A stretch of DNA of 64,000 bases from Veleropilina oligotropha. Its lineage: Eukaryota. The stretch lies in assembly GCA_048128005.1 (NCBI GenBank), contig JBEUKZ010000085.1, positions 248,001 to 312,000 on the forward strand, in the 5' to 3' direction. Below, one piece after another: positions 23,358-35,300 of this stretch. Position 1 is the first letter of the stretch. Each line of letters begins with the position of its first letter. The notes under the pieces were generated by a model, which saw only the letters and a program-made list of their open reading frames with translations, did no database searches and had not been told where the DNA came from. A program made the position numbers and the translations under genes.

Positions 23358-24240
23358 TTAACCCTAAAAGTAATATTGTTTTATATTACTTATATAATGT
23401 CATTTTACTCCAAGTGACAAAGATCACAGACACTGTTTACATTATAGGTTATTGCAGCGTAAGTCAGCATGCCACCTATAACCGAATCTGATATTAATAT
23501 TCATATTATTATTGCATTATTGCCTGTCCTCTGTGTTTATATTATGTAATTGTAGCATTGAAGGGAGAGACGTTGAAATAGGCAATGCCTGTTCGTCAAT
23601 CCCAATTACATATTTCAAATAAATATTGTTTAAACCAATATTCATATCTACGCAACTATATATTTCATTAATTGACAATATTAGTATAATACTTTGTAAA
23701 TTATGGGCAAATGGTTGTGAAATGCTCATCAACTAAAGATAAAATGGAACAATAGACCATTGAATTTCCTTGAACAGTTGTTGCTATCTTTGGCTACGTA
23801 ACTGAACATACAGGTTAGCATGATCATGTGCATGTACACTGTATTGAAAAAAATATCATCAATTCGGCAAAAATAATATTAAAATCAAATATAACCATCC
23901 AAACAAATGGCAGAAAATCTACCTGTTCACTCAAAATTAATAGAAGCAACAGCTAGAACATATAAATATTGCAGAATCATATATAGATAACACGCAAAAA
24001 CGATAAACCCGTAGTTTTGATCGTGGATACTGCACTTCAGAATATCTGATAATAATAACGGTGAATTACTGCATTGTGATACTCATTAGTACATTAGGAT
24101 TTAGAACTTATAAAAACATGTTTTCTACAAAAGTAAACAAAACATCAGAAATGCTACTCATTAAAATGTTTTCAAACTATAATTATGCCAATAAATAAAA
24201 TAAATTTAATTCTAATAAAATTTTAATATAACATTATGTG

Positions 24241-27200
24241 TTAACTCCGAACAAGAGAGATTTCAGTAATTTCCATAGTGGAACCAATCCTCATTGGAAT
24301 GCCAAAGTACTGTGTTCCCATGGAAATGTAAACATGTCTGTTATTGCCAACGTTGTATAGTCCTGCGAAGTATGGGTTGATGAAGTACGCAAAAAACATT
24401 AGGGGAAACACTTGACCGCCGTGTGTATGGCCTGAAAATAGAAAATACATACAGTTGGATCAACCACTGAATTTCGTGCAATCAATGTTAACTATTTTCA
24501 GATGTTTCATAATATCGTAGTCAGGTTTAACCACAGCTGCTCAGGCATATGATAATATCACAGTGAAGGCCACATTTTAACTACAGCTAATCAGGCATAT
24601 ATTATCGCAGAAGGACAGTCCATGTCTTCCTCATTGAATCCTCACACAATAATATGGACTTTCTTCAATATGGAAGGAAAATCAAAGGTTATACTCTTAT
24701 AGATGTTCATTCATACAAATATGTTAACCTTTATGTATTTATATATTGTTATCGACTTCTCTGTGTCTATATTATCACAACTTTACAGTAATTATATAAT
24801 CGTTATGCTCCACATGCGTTGCTGGCACTGGTGTGGCATCGTAGGTTCATCTGCATTACAGGTGGAGAAGAAGGCTTTCATCTAATATTTTGAGCTTTCT
24901 TCCATGATAATATGCAAATGTCCTAATATGACGATACATTTTTCAAGAGAAGATAAATCAACTTTTTTATACAAGGTATTTTTAAAAAACAAATTTTCAA
25001 TTAATAATAATATGTATAATGTATATATTGCTTTGAGAAATCATATTACAAAATTATATCTCACTATATGCTGACAGTATATGGACAAAACCCCCCTAGG
25101 ATAAAACACCCACAGACAAAACCCCCATGGTCCAAATGATATGCCAGACAAAACCCCCATGTTATATTTATTATTGTTTATATACACATGTTCATTATGA
25201 CTTCTTTAATAACTAGAGGTACGATCCTCATACAGGCCCGCCTTTTGGATATATAAATCCATAGAGAGGAAAATAATCAATAACTCTATATCTTCAAAGT
25301 GCCATCTGGAACGGAAATACACGAAAATGACCTTGACCTTTGACCCAGAGACTCCATCTTTGAACTTAACCAAGGCCTGATGGTATACAAGGTGCATACC
25401 CAAGATGAAAGCTGTAGGTCCAGCGGTTCATCTTCTATGTGACAGAAAGCAATCTTCGAAGTGCCAGAACGGAAATACACGAAAATGACCTTGACCTTTG
25501 ACCCAGCGACCCCATCTTTGAACTTGGGCTAGGCCTGATGGTATACAAGGTGCATACCCAATATGAAAGGTGTAGGTCCAGCGGTTCGTCTTCTATGTGA
25601 CAGAAAGCAATCTTCGAAGTGCCAGAACGGAAATACACGAAAATGACCTTGACCTTTGACCCAGCGACCCCATCTTTGAACTTGGGCTAGGCCTGATGGT
25701 ATACAAGGTGCACACCCAATATGAAAGGAGTAAGTCCAGCGGTTCATCTTCTATGTGACAGAAAGCATCAGGCGACGGACGACGGACGCCAGTACACGGC
25801 TATAGCCCTGCCTTTAGAAGGCGGGCCAAAAAGGAAAATATAATATATTACTACTGTATATATAATGCAGCAAAAATATATATTTAGCAAAATTTAGAAA
25901 CATTATTTCAAAATCAAAATTGTTAATGTGTTAAGGATTATCATCAACTTGCTTAGAATCTATTTTGACAGTGGGATTTTGTGCTAATGTGTTAGGGATT
26001 ATCAACAACTAGCTTAGAATCTTCATCACCTCTCCCTAGCTCTATTGACTACTTATATTATCATGGGGATTATGAACGCCTAAATAATAAGTTGGGATTC
26101 CGATGGATTAACATCACTTATCACCTATTTCTGGCTCAAGAGATTACATACCATACTAAGGATTATAAACACCTAAATAACAATAAGGATTTTCCTTTGA
26201 TCCATACAGTTACTACCTAATATAATTTATATTATTATTTGGCAATTAATATAAGGTGGCCATAAACTTACTATTTCATTATTTCTTTAAAAAAAGTCAT
26301 AATGAACATCTTAATATAATGGAGCTATAATTGTATGCGGGTCTGTCTGTCTGTTTCAAGTTGAACTCCTCCCAGACGCTTTGACCTAGGACCTTCAAAC
26401 TTTGGGGGGTTAATCGGGGTCCCCCAAGGAAGGTTTACCACGAAAAAAATTCGGAAAATTCGCCAAAAAAAAAAAATTTACTATCATTTTTAATATAATC
26501 GAGAAAAAAAAAAAAAAAAAAAAAGGGTGCACTATCCAAAAAAAAAAAAAAAAAAATGGGCCTGGGGGGACTTACCCGGCGAAGACGGGTACCAATGCTA
26601 GTATAAACAATAATAAATATAACATGGGGGTTTTGTCCGGTATATCATTTGGACCATGGGGGTTTTGTCCGTGGGTGTTTTGTCCGGGGGTGTTTTGTCC
26701 GGGGGGGTTTTGTCCTAGGGGGATTTTGTCCTAGGGGGGTTTCGTCCTACATTCATTTGCTGGCACTTTCTATATTACATGAATCACCCATTGTCACTTA
26801 TAAAGCTGTGTCCTAGACTTGGCAATGACAGACACACACTTTTATGATTTCTGACAGACACTGACATCTATATCTTTATCATAACTTTAGGCATATGTGA
26901 CAGATGCTGGCAGCTTCAGGTATATTACACATTCACTCTCGACTCCCAACAGGAAACTGCCAGTGATTGCTAATTACAATACTCTGGGACGCACATTCCC
27001 AGGCTTGAGTTCTTCTATTCTAGATCTGATGATTTAAGTGATGTGTATTCAGTATCAAAATAATAAATTCAATTGAGGCCGATCCACTATTAAAAGGAAT
27101 AAAAGATAGTGACATTAGTAAAAGACAATATTTTTCAGGATATCTTTTTTATACATATATATTTAAAGAATCCTTTAATTTTTATCCAATACAAAATTTA

Positions 27201-30200
27201 ATTTCATAAAGAAATACTAAAAATAATTAACATATGATATGCTATGCAATTATTTACATTATAGTTATGCTATGGTGGGTTAAAAATAATGAAAAAATTC
27301 ATGTTTGCATAATAACTTCATATTATATCAATGAATATGGCATATCAAAACCCATCAGCCATGTGCCAAGCAAATATAGTATAACCCTATTGCCAGAAAT
27401 GCCAATCAGGAAGTTCTCTATGGCATTATCATAAGCTGATTGATGAGTACATAGTGTCTGCAGATAAACCAATTAGCTACGTGGGAACTACTGCCTGCCA
27501 CACTGATTGTAGGAAGAACGCTGTGTCTGGACACTACAATTAACCTGCTTGGTGTAATCTGATTGCCTGATATACCTTGATTGGCTGGTATTTACAAACA
27601 ATAGATAGGTATACTCTGTCTGACATATGCCATCCTGCCTCATAGGGTATATATAGGAAGGAAGGATGTGGATGGTTAGATATATTTGATTCTCTCTCGA
27701 GACAGGTTCCAAACCAACATTCTCCGAACAGATAATCAAAACTCAGTCAAGTTATACGTATTGAAAGATTTCTTCAAGTGACGCCGTATCCAGGTTTGAG
27801 TGAATTGTGCTTTTTCTTCGGCAACAATTCTTTCGAAATGTCTACCGGAAACAGCAGTGATGTCCACATGAAACTAACCGAGATGGAAAAATATTTCCGA
27901 AGGGCATGTGAGCAGATTGTTCTCCTAAACAGAAAGCTTGAAGAAATGTCGATACGATACGATAAAGCGACCAAGGAAAACCATCGCTCGTTCCGGTATT
28001 CTCTTCGTTTGAGAATGGCAGCAGCCGAAGGTGTACGGAACATGTATTACGAGTACGCCACCACCAAAGCCGATGACATCAGCAAGCTGCGTATACAGGT
28101 TCTGAGCGAGGCTGATCTGGTTAGCACTGATGATGAAGACGATGAAGATGATCGCAGCGTGAGCTATACCGATGAAGAGATGGACGCTAACGATGACTCT
28201 CTGGTCGGATAACAAGACAACCTTCTCTAGCCTTATGGCAGACCCCAACGGCTCTTTTCAGAGCCAACCAAATTCTCCGAAAGATTGCTCGCTTATGCCA
28301 AACGTTACGTAATAAAATACACTGAGTAAAAATGTAAATGTACAACTACTTTAATTCTAAAATTAATTATATACATATGCAGAGCTAATTACTCACAATA
28401 TAGAATAAAAAAATGGTGACATTCTCCCTAAATGTCAATAATCTTGCCATAAAACAATTCAATGATAGGGTGTGGCGGGGGTTAATTGTGTTCATGAGTA
28501 GCTTCATCTATATCTACATTTCTACACACCTGCCAATATTAAATCCACACGATATTTGGATTCAATGGCCATCTTGGCAGCCCTTGGTTGATGAACAAGC
28601 AAAATGACTGGTTGATTTGGGTCACATGAGTCTAATGCCTTGGGCAAATCCATCCCATGTGAATCGTATCTGAAAATATATACAGAGTATTCATAATTAT
28701 ATATACTAAATAAACACACACATATGATTCGTACACACTTAGTCTACTTAATAATATCTTATATTGTACCAATATTTATATATACAAAAATGTCAAGATA
28801 GAATCAAAGAGAAACAATTCAAAATGAATGATTACTTGATGACACGTACTAAAATAACAATATTTCAGTCACAACATAATAAGGTTAAACATCTCTATCT
28901 GATCAGATGGTTTTGTCACCATCACTTAAAATAGCAACATTTTCATTTGAAAAATATGATCTTTGTCATAAAGAGAATAAGTGGTAGTATTATATATGAT
29001 CTCAGGTAAATGCAGAGAACAAAGAAATGCATTTGGATGTGATGGAAAAATTGTGAACTTCTTATCAAAAGAACAATATTTTATATCTATCGCCAGCAAA
29101 CTTAATATCTGTCAACTTACAAATGCCTTCCTTCAAGGTCATCCGTGCCTGCCAAGCATATTTGATGCTTGCCCAGCAACAGGTCCGGTATTTTCTTGTT
29201 GCTGTTGTGCAGCACATAGAAGCCTAAAGTCTTCAGATGAGCGAACCAGTTGTCCACGTCTCCAGTGTAATATTCATGATTGCCTGCAAGAAATTGCATA
29301 CCTTTATTATTATCAATTTGCAAAAAGGAAAAGACAATTCAAGAGTGACCATGTTCTACAATCACATTAACAATTTATTCACATCACAGTCGAGACCTCA
29401 TTTAAGATCAGAAGTTTTGTCAACAGTATCTGGTTAACAATTGAAACCCATTTTAAGGTATTGGCTTGATTTTTGGGATCTATAATGAACTACGGTATAC
29501 GCTCCTGCAATGTAATCGGACAATACTGTTATCTGTTGTCTAACTGTCTCAATTGTGTCTGTCTTTAAGTTTCTAGATCATGACATATTTTTGGCAACTA
29601 TTCTAAAAATAGAATGTAACATTTTCATAAACTTGATCCAACTATGTCCCAAATGTCACATGATCTAGCCGTGTTTCTCCATCTATCCTGAACATTTCTT
29701 GTCATTAATTTTAGGCTATTTGGTATGGTGATTTTTGACAAAGTTATGGATAAAATAATTTAACCTTTTTATGTCTTGACCTTTTTGCAAAAAAGGACAC
29801 GACATATATATATGTCCGTCGATTTGTTTGAAAACTACCGCCTCAATTTTAACCAAAATTGGTACACACATTCCCACGAGTATTTGAAGGTCGTGTATAT
29901 AACTTTCGCGACACAATATTGCAAAAATATGCATTTATTAGGCACTTTTATGCATATATGCTATATAACATATGTCAAATATATCTAGTAAATATCAATG
30001 ACGTCATTACGACGTCGCTTTAGATTAAGCGTCGGTAAAGCAAAGTCATGAAGTATGCTTCACCATTGTAATGTTATAATTAACTGTTCTGAAAATTTGA
30101 CGAAAATAAAGAAAGGTCAAGACATAATTCGAACGCGTCGTTCTTATATGACATAGATATACCCTTCAATTCGATATTGAAGAACAAATTGTCCTTGTAT

Positions 30201-31664
30201 ATTGTACGTTTGCTCTGCACTTACCAGAAATGTAGAATTTACCATATCTGGCACGAATACTCTCTGCTGGTTGTATTGACTTCTCCAATACATGAACCGG
30301 CGCATCCACAAGATCTCCTGTAATAACGACGATGTCTGAAAAGGGCAAATACAATGTATATTATAATATATACTCACAATTATATAATGTACAACAACAG
30401 AATATGCCACCAAAGGTTTTCACGAACGATTTTAACATCACACATTGATTTACTGGACCAAACATTGTTGTAGAATTTAAAAAATATTTGATTGGTATTG
30501 AAGAAATTTTAAAGTTGGGCCCCCGGTTTAACATGATACATCTCTATACAATAAGACAATTTACTCATTTTGTCTACTGGACCTGGTCAGATTACAACAT
30601 GGTCACTCAACCAAACAGTCAATGTTGTTTAATGATGTTGATCAAGGAGAATCATATGAAAGCTATAAATTTGCAAACAAATATATGGTTTTGATTTATA
30701 ATTATACATATGGAATTGGACATTTATATTACCTAAATAAGCAGTCACGCTGGGTCGGTGTTAAGATCAATGAGAAATATAATTTTCCTGTGAGGATACA
30801 CTATACACAGACGATCAGATCAACTTGATCAGTTATCAACACACACACTGGATTTGATATATGTTCATTATAATAATATAAAGATGTCAATTAATCGAAT
30901 GGTCACCTTTTTATTTTCATACCTGGTTTTAATTCATTCACCATTTTGACAATTCTTTCAAATTTGCCTCTGGTAACCGTTGGTCCTAGATGAATGTCAC
31001 TTATTTGAACAATTTTTGTATTTGCCATTTCTTCTGGCAAACCAGTTATAGGAATCTTAACTCTTTTAATATCTGGAGGCTGAGATGCATTGTGAAGACC
31101 ATAGATTGATATAGACAATGTGTACACAATCACCAACGCTGGCTTCAGTTTTTTCATCTGGAATGCATACCCTTTGTTATGCCGAGTTAAACACGAGATA
31201 ATCTTGGAAATAACAGCAAATATGAATAAACCTGTCACCAGTTGCAGGAATGTTCCCAGGCACGCATATGCAGGGACAACGAGCCAATGTGGATCTTTGT
31301 GGAAAAACATTAAAATTATCAAAAAACTAAATTGACAACAAATGAAGTATATTAACAGAACGCCTTTCCAAATATTCATCAGCGTTCCTTGTCGCTTTAC
31401 TTGGCTCGTATGGTCACCAGCACTGTCCATCTTTTTAATTTTTGCAATGTCATCGCGTTCAGAATCTACCCACCCATGTGTTAGGTTCTTCCAACTGACT
31501 CTAAAGCTTATTAGTATCAGAGCTTCAATAAACAGCATAAAATGTACTCTGTAAACTATGAGTTTAGTTTGCGCGTCGAGCGTAAGGACGAATATCTCTC
31601 CCAAAATAACCGCAATAACACAAAAAGCAATCCCTCCACATTTCGCATTCATGGACGCTGCCAT
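24241..31664 (-). CDS. TMPPE: Transmembrane protein with metallophosphoesterase domain, 5 exons, 448 aa
   Basis: Exons 31664-30923, 30335-30225, 29283-29121, 28669-28530 and 24431-24241, all GT-AG and phase-consistent (1347 nt). Multiple N-terminal TM helices, then the five calcineurin-like phosphoesterase motifs: SDIHLG, TGDLVD, GNHEYY, LLVHQP, GHTHGGQ. Confidence 0.93.
25211..25832. mobile_element. HINE-type element with about 149-bp tandem units
   Basis: AACTAGAG start, three copies of the AATGACCTTGACCTTTGACCCAG unit, a (GACG)n microsatellite and a terminal hairpin GCCCTGCC..GGCGGGC followed by AAAAA. Confidence 0.7.
26309..26601 (+). mobile_element. Short non-autonomous Helitron
   Basis: 5' TC start, (GTCT)n, 3' hairpin ACCCGGCGAAGACGGGT about 6 nt before CTAG, inserted between A and T. 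Confidence 0.8.
27579..27655 (+). promoter_or_regulatory. Putative CCAAT + TATA promoter of the nested stem-loop gene
   Basis: GATTGGCT (reverse CCAAT) at about 27579, further CCAAT at about 27402 and 27469, and TATATATA at 27648-27655, about 185 nt upstream of the ATG. Confidence 0.4.
27838..28212 (+). CDS. Intronless hypothetical protein (124 aa; helical/coiled-coil core plus acidic tail), nested antisense in TMPPE intron 4
   Basis: GAAATGT start, GC-richer codon-like composition than the flanks, amphipathic helices ([44 protein letters not shown]) and a D/E-rich C-terminus. Followed by a histone stem-loop. Confidence 0.75.
   Translation: MSTGNSSDVHMKLTEMEKYFRRACEQIVLLNRKLEEMSIRYDKATKENHRSFRYSLRLRMAAAEGVRNMYYEYATTKADDISKLRIQVLSEADLVSTDDEDDEDDRSVSYTDEEMDANDDSLVG
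28245..28284 (+). promoter_or_regulatory. Histone-type 3' stem-loop plus purine-rich downstream element (HDE-like)
   Basis: CCAAC GGCTCT TTTC AGAGCC AACCA (stem 28250-28265) matches the SLBP-binding consensus. It lies 37 nt after the stop codon. GAAAGA at 28279-28284; AATAAA at 28311. Confidence 0.9.
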
Positions 31665-32324
31665 TTTGGATATTTTGATCGCTTATGTAGTGAAATAAGT
31701 AATATTGCGTGCAATCAAGATGTAAGGATCGTTTCGTAAACACACCGCAGATATCCCTAAAATAGGATATATAACATCGTTTAGTTATTAGAATATTAGA
31801 CACGAGCAGTCGGCAGATGTCCATGTATATGTTAATGTATTTAGCGGCCAGAAAATCGACAGCGAGGTTGTTGATTTTCGGACTTCCGCATCGCAGACAG
31901 CGTGGCTAAATCATGAAACTTGAACCGGAAGAGAGAATTTTATTTTTCGCACATGCGCTCAACTGACTACCATCTTGTATGAGGAATCAGAAAGTGAACC
32001 TTTGATCTTATAGTAATACAAATGAATGCCCGATCAGGGCTTGAAGCCGCGTCATGGGCAAATATATAAGACATGGAGGTTTTAGTAGTTTTCTACACAA
32101 CAGTGACAATGTATATAAGATGGGCAGAATTCGGGCCAGATTACGCATGTGCGAAAAAATTCTTACTACCGGTTCAAGTTTCATGTACGAGCGACAGCGT
32201 GCTGTCTTTGATCGGCTGTCGATCAATGTCATCGACGGATCGTCGCCTATAAAGGGAGAGGGATGCGTACTCTAACATTAAATGGCAAACTTTTGTGTCA
32301 GAGCACAGTTCATTCCACAAAACG
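31665..32324. promoter_or_regulatory. Bidirectional promoter shared by TMPPE and the JmjC-type gene
   Basis: ATGs are 660 bp apart head-to-head. CpG-richer region with NRF1-like CGCATGTGCG, ETS-like CCGGAAG and YY1-like AAGATGG motifs arranged as an inverted pair. Confidence 0.7.
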
Positions 32325-35300
32325 ATGGCATCAGCTAAAAAATACAAGGGAAAAAATATCGACGTTCTATTCCAAGAATTGCATGCCAAGGCAGTTTCAC
32401 TGGGTTTGAATGGCGATGATTTTTCTAAGTTAGCATTTTTTCAAAGTTTACGAACAGATAAAAACAAAAGCACAGAAAAGGTTACAAAGACAAAGAAACT
32501 CAACAAATGGACTCTTGCTGTAATTGTTGGCGTAGTTTCAATATTAATCAGCCAGTTATTGTTTAACTTTCCTGTAGCCAATGAAAGATTACTGTCATTC
32601 TACTTTGATTTCAGTGGATTGGAGTTAGACAGGGAACCATGTCTGGTGGAAGTGGGAGAAGTGATGCTGGACGTCTTTCGACCGCCCGTCCCATGCGAGA
32701 TGTGTGAAGGCATAACCAAGATTGATCGGCTAAGCAACCTGACGCCCGAAGAATTTGAGAAATATTATGCATACACGTCTCGTCCTGTAATAATCGCGGA
32801 TGGAACCAAAAACTGGACAGCGCCAAAACATTTTTCTTACGATTTCTTTAAAAGTATCTACCCACAAAATAGTCCAGCTTTGGAAAATGTGGAAATGAAC
32901 TGCCAATTTTTTCCATATAGGACAGACTTTAAAAACTTGGGTGAGGTTTTAAACATGAGTGATGAAAGAGCACAGATGAAAGATGGTTCACTACCATGGT
33001 ACATTGGATGGTGAGTATGTGGTTATGACAAGATGGTTCACTACCATGGTACATTGGATGGTGAGTATGTGGTTATGACAAACACATTTAAAAATATTTG
33101 ATGTAAATTACTAATTATATGCAATTATTATTAATATGTAAGAACATTTTTAGTAACGAACATTTTCAGATGTACTATAACATTTTGAATTTTATTGTTA
33201 CCATGATCTAATTCTTTAATATGGAATCCATCGTTGTCATTGTCTCCAGATCTATGGTGACTAAGAATTTGGGCAATGCCACCTTGTCACCTTAATATTA
33301 AGTTTCTTGGACATGAAGCTGTCATGCAGTCTTGGAATCGACATTTGGACCTTGACCGTCCTGCCTCCCAGATCCGTCCGACATGACATGTACGGTGGAC
33401 ACCAAAACGAGACCACGCTGTTCTCGACTGGCACTTGATCGAGTTCTCCGAGCAGAATACCATTCGTTGGTCTTATTCATACCAGGAAAGGAAAGGATCG
33501 GATCGATGCTTAATGTCCTGTATATGTCCAACCATCATTGCGGGAGGATAAACCCGCCCTCTTCGACCAGTTACGGACAACTGTGATTCATAACTTGATC
33601 AAATGTGTGCTGCCCCAGCCGAAGTTTGAACCCACTACTGTTCGTGTCAGCGGAATCAAGCCGGTTATTTTTCGGAGTCCACAACCGATACCACACAGCT
33701 GTCGAAGCAACCTCATTCATACCAATAGAACACATCTGATGATCAGAAACAGTCTTGGGTGCAAGCTATAATACCCACCTGTAGTCATTCTACAGTAACT
33801 GGCACAATCATTTCACAAAGAAATGCTGTAGATGTCACAATATAGAAATAAGTTTTGGTCAACTAAGAGAACACAAGCAACAAATGTTTTTATATCGTTT
33901 TCAGCAGTTCTATATCATATGTGTCAATTTTGTCAATGAAACAGAGTGCGCACTCTTATCCACTCACCTACCAATGCGACCTACAAGATATGCATGCATG
34001 CAACACTTCTGTGGCAGAATGATTTAAATATTCAGTTTGTTCATTAGTAATCGGCCCCTTCGGCAGCGCAGTGGGTAAGAGTGTCCACTCTAAATTCACT
34101 GGCGTGATTCCGCTAATGCGAACAGTAGTGGGTTCAATACCTGGCTGAGGCATTGACATTTGTTCAAGTTATGAATCACAGTTGTCTGCGACTGGCCGAA
34201 GAGGGCGCCGGTTTACCCGGGCGATCGGGGTTTCCCCCCCCGGCGATAACACGGACATGTCCTGCCTTGAACCTCGATGTTGTAACTATAAAGGACATTA
34301 AGCATCATTCCTCCCTCCCTCCTCATTAGTAATCAAGTATGAAAACATCTTTTATATTCTATGCCTCGATGTTTACTGTTAATTCTCCGTTACAAGCTTT
34401 ACAGCATCATTTCTTTTACTGTTCAGCTTTATAAAACAGGTACCTTTAATTTTTATGACTGGATGTCAGCACCATTTCAGCAAAGCATCTCTAAATTTTT
34501 AGATGTTTTGTTACTTTGACAGCTGAAATGCACACAAAGGTCACACCGTTCACCGAGTGAAATTGATAATTCACTTGCCTGACTGCTCTGATTCACAGGA
34601 GAGGATTTAAATTTGTTCAATTAACAGTCACAGTTGTCCATAACTTGTATGTTAAAATGAAATATTAAGTGTTGATTCAAACCAGTCATGGTGTATAAGT
34701 ATAGGTTACTAACCGAGTTGGAGGTATTCATCGATTTGAAAGACCTGCGCCCGTGCGGATCGTGACACCGAGACCGCGGAGCGGTCGAGGTGTTACAGCA
34801 CGGAAGCAGGTCTTTCAAATAGATGAATACCGACTAACGAGGTTTGTAACCGACTTACACAACGGCCAATTATGGCTCCTTTGTTGTCAATTTAGCTTGT
34901 GGACAGCTTTAGCCGTCTTGCACGGACGCAGGTCGGTATAGAGTGAAAAGTAGGTTGGTATGGCTATACCACCCTACTTTTGAATCGTCATTGAAAACAA
35001 TGTGTTCACGCTGAATACCAACCTCTTCAAAACAAAAGAGCCGTTGTGTAATCTCTGTTATCCGGGTACCGAATGTCCTTGATGCTTCCTCATAAAAGTT
35101 TCCTGGCACTGAGGACAGGTCAGCTTGTCTAGGATCCCATATTTTTTGGCACCAACCATTTTCCTTCATGTACAACATAACATGCTGATTGTGATGACCG
35201 GAGTGCGATTTGCTGGTACATGTAGTCAAACCATTTCCTCCTAAGATAATATCCAATTTTGTGCTTTCGATAATGATGAAATCCTTGAAAAAGGAATTTG

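Larger units (their letters stand above)
25081..26754. mobile_element. Non-autonomous MULE-like element (GGACAAAACCCCC-repeat TIRs) in TMPPE intron 4, with nested Helitron-type inserts
   Basis: 25081-25183 is the reverse complement of about 26603-26750. Confidence 0.7.

Noticed and set aside
30903..30922. TMPPE as a single-exon 253-aa protein, as in the ORF track
   Set aside because: The ORF runs past a GT donor at 30922; the remaining catalytic motifs are in four downstream exons.
34053..34150. tRNA genes at SINE heads (also 46218, 23070, 39915)
   Set aside because: A/B boxes are present but followed by a shared non-tRNA body, a simple-repeat tail and TSDs; no clean cloverleaf.
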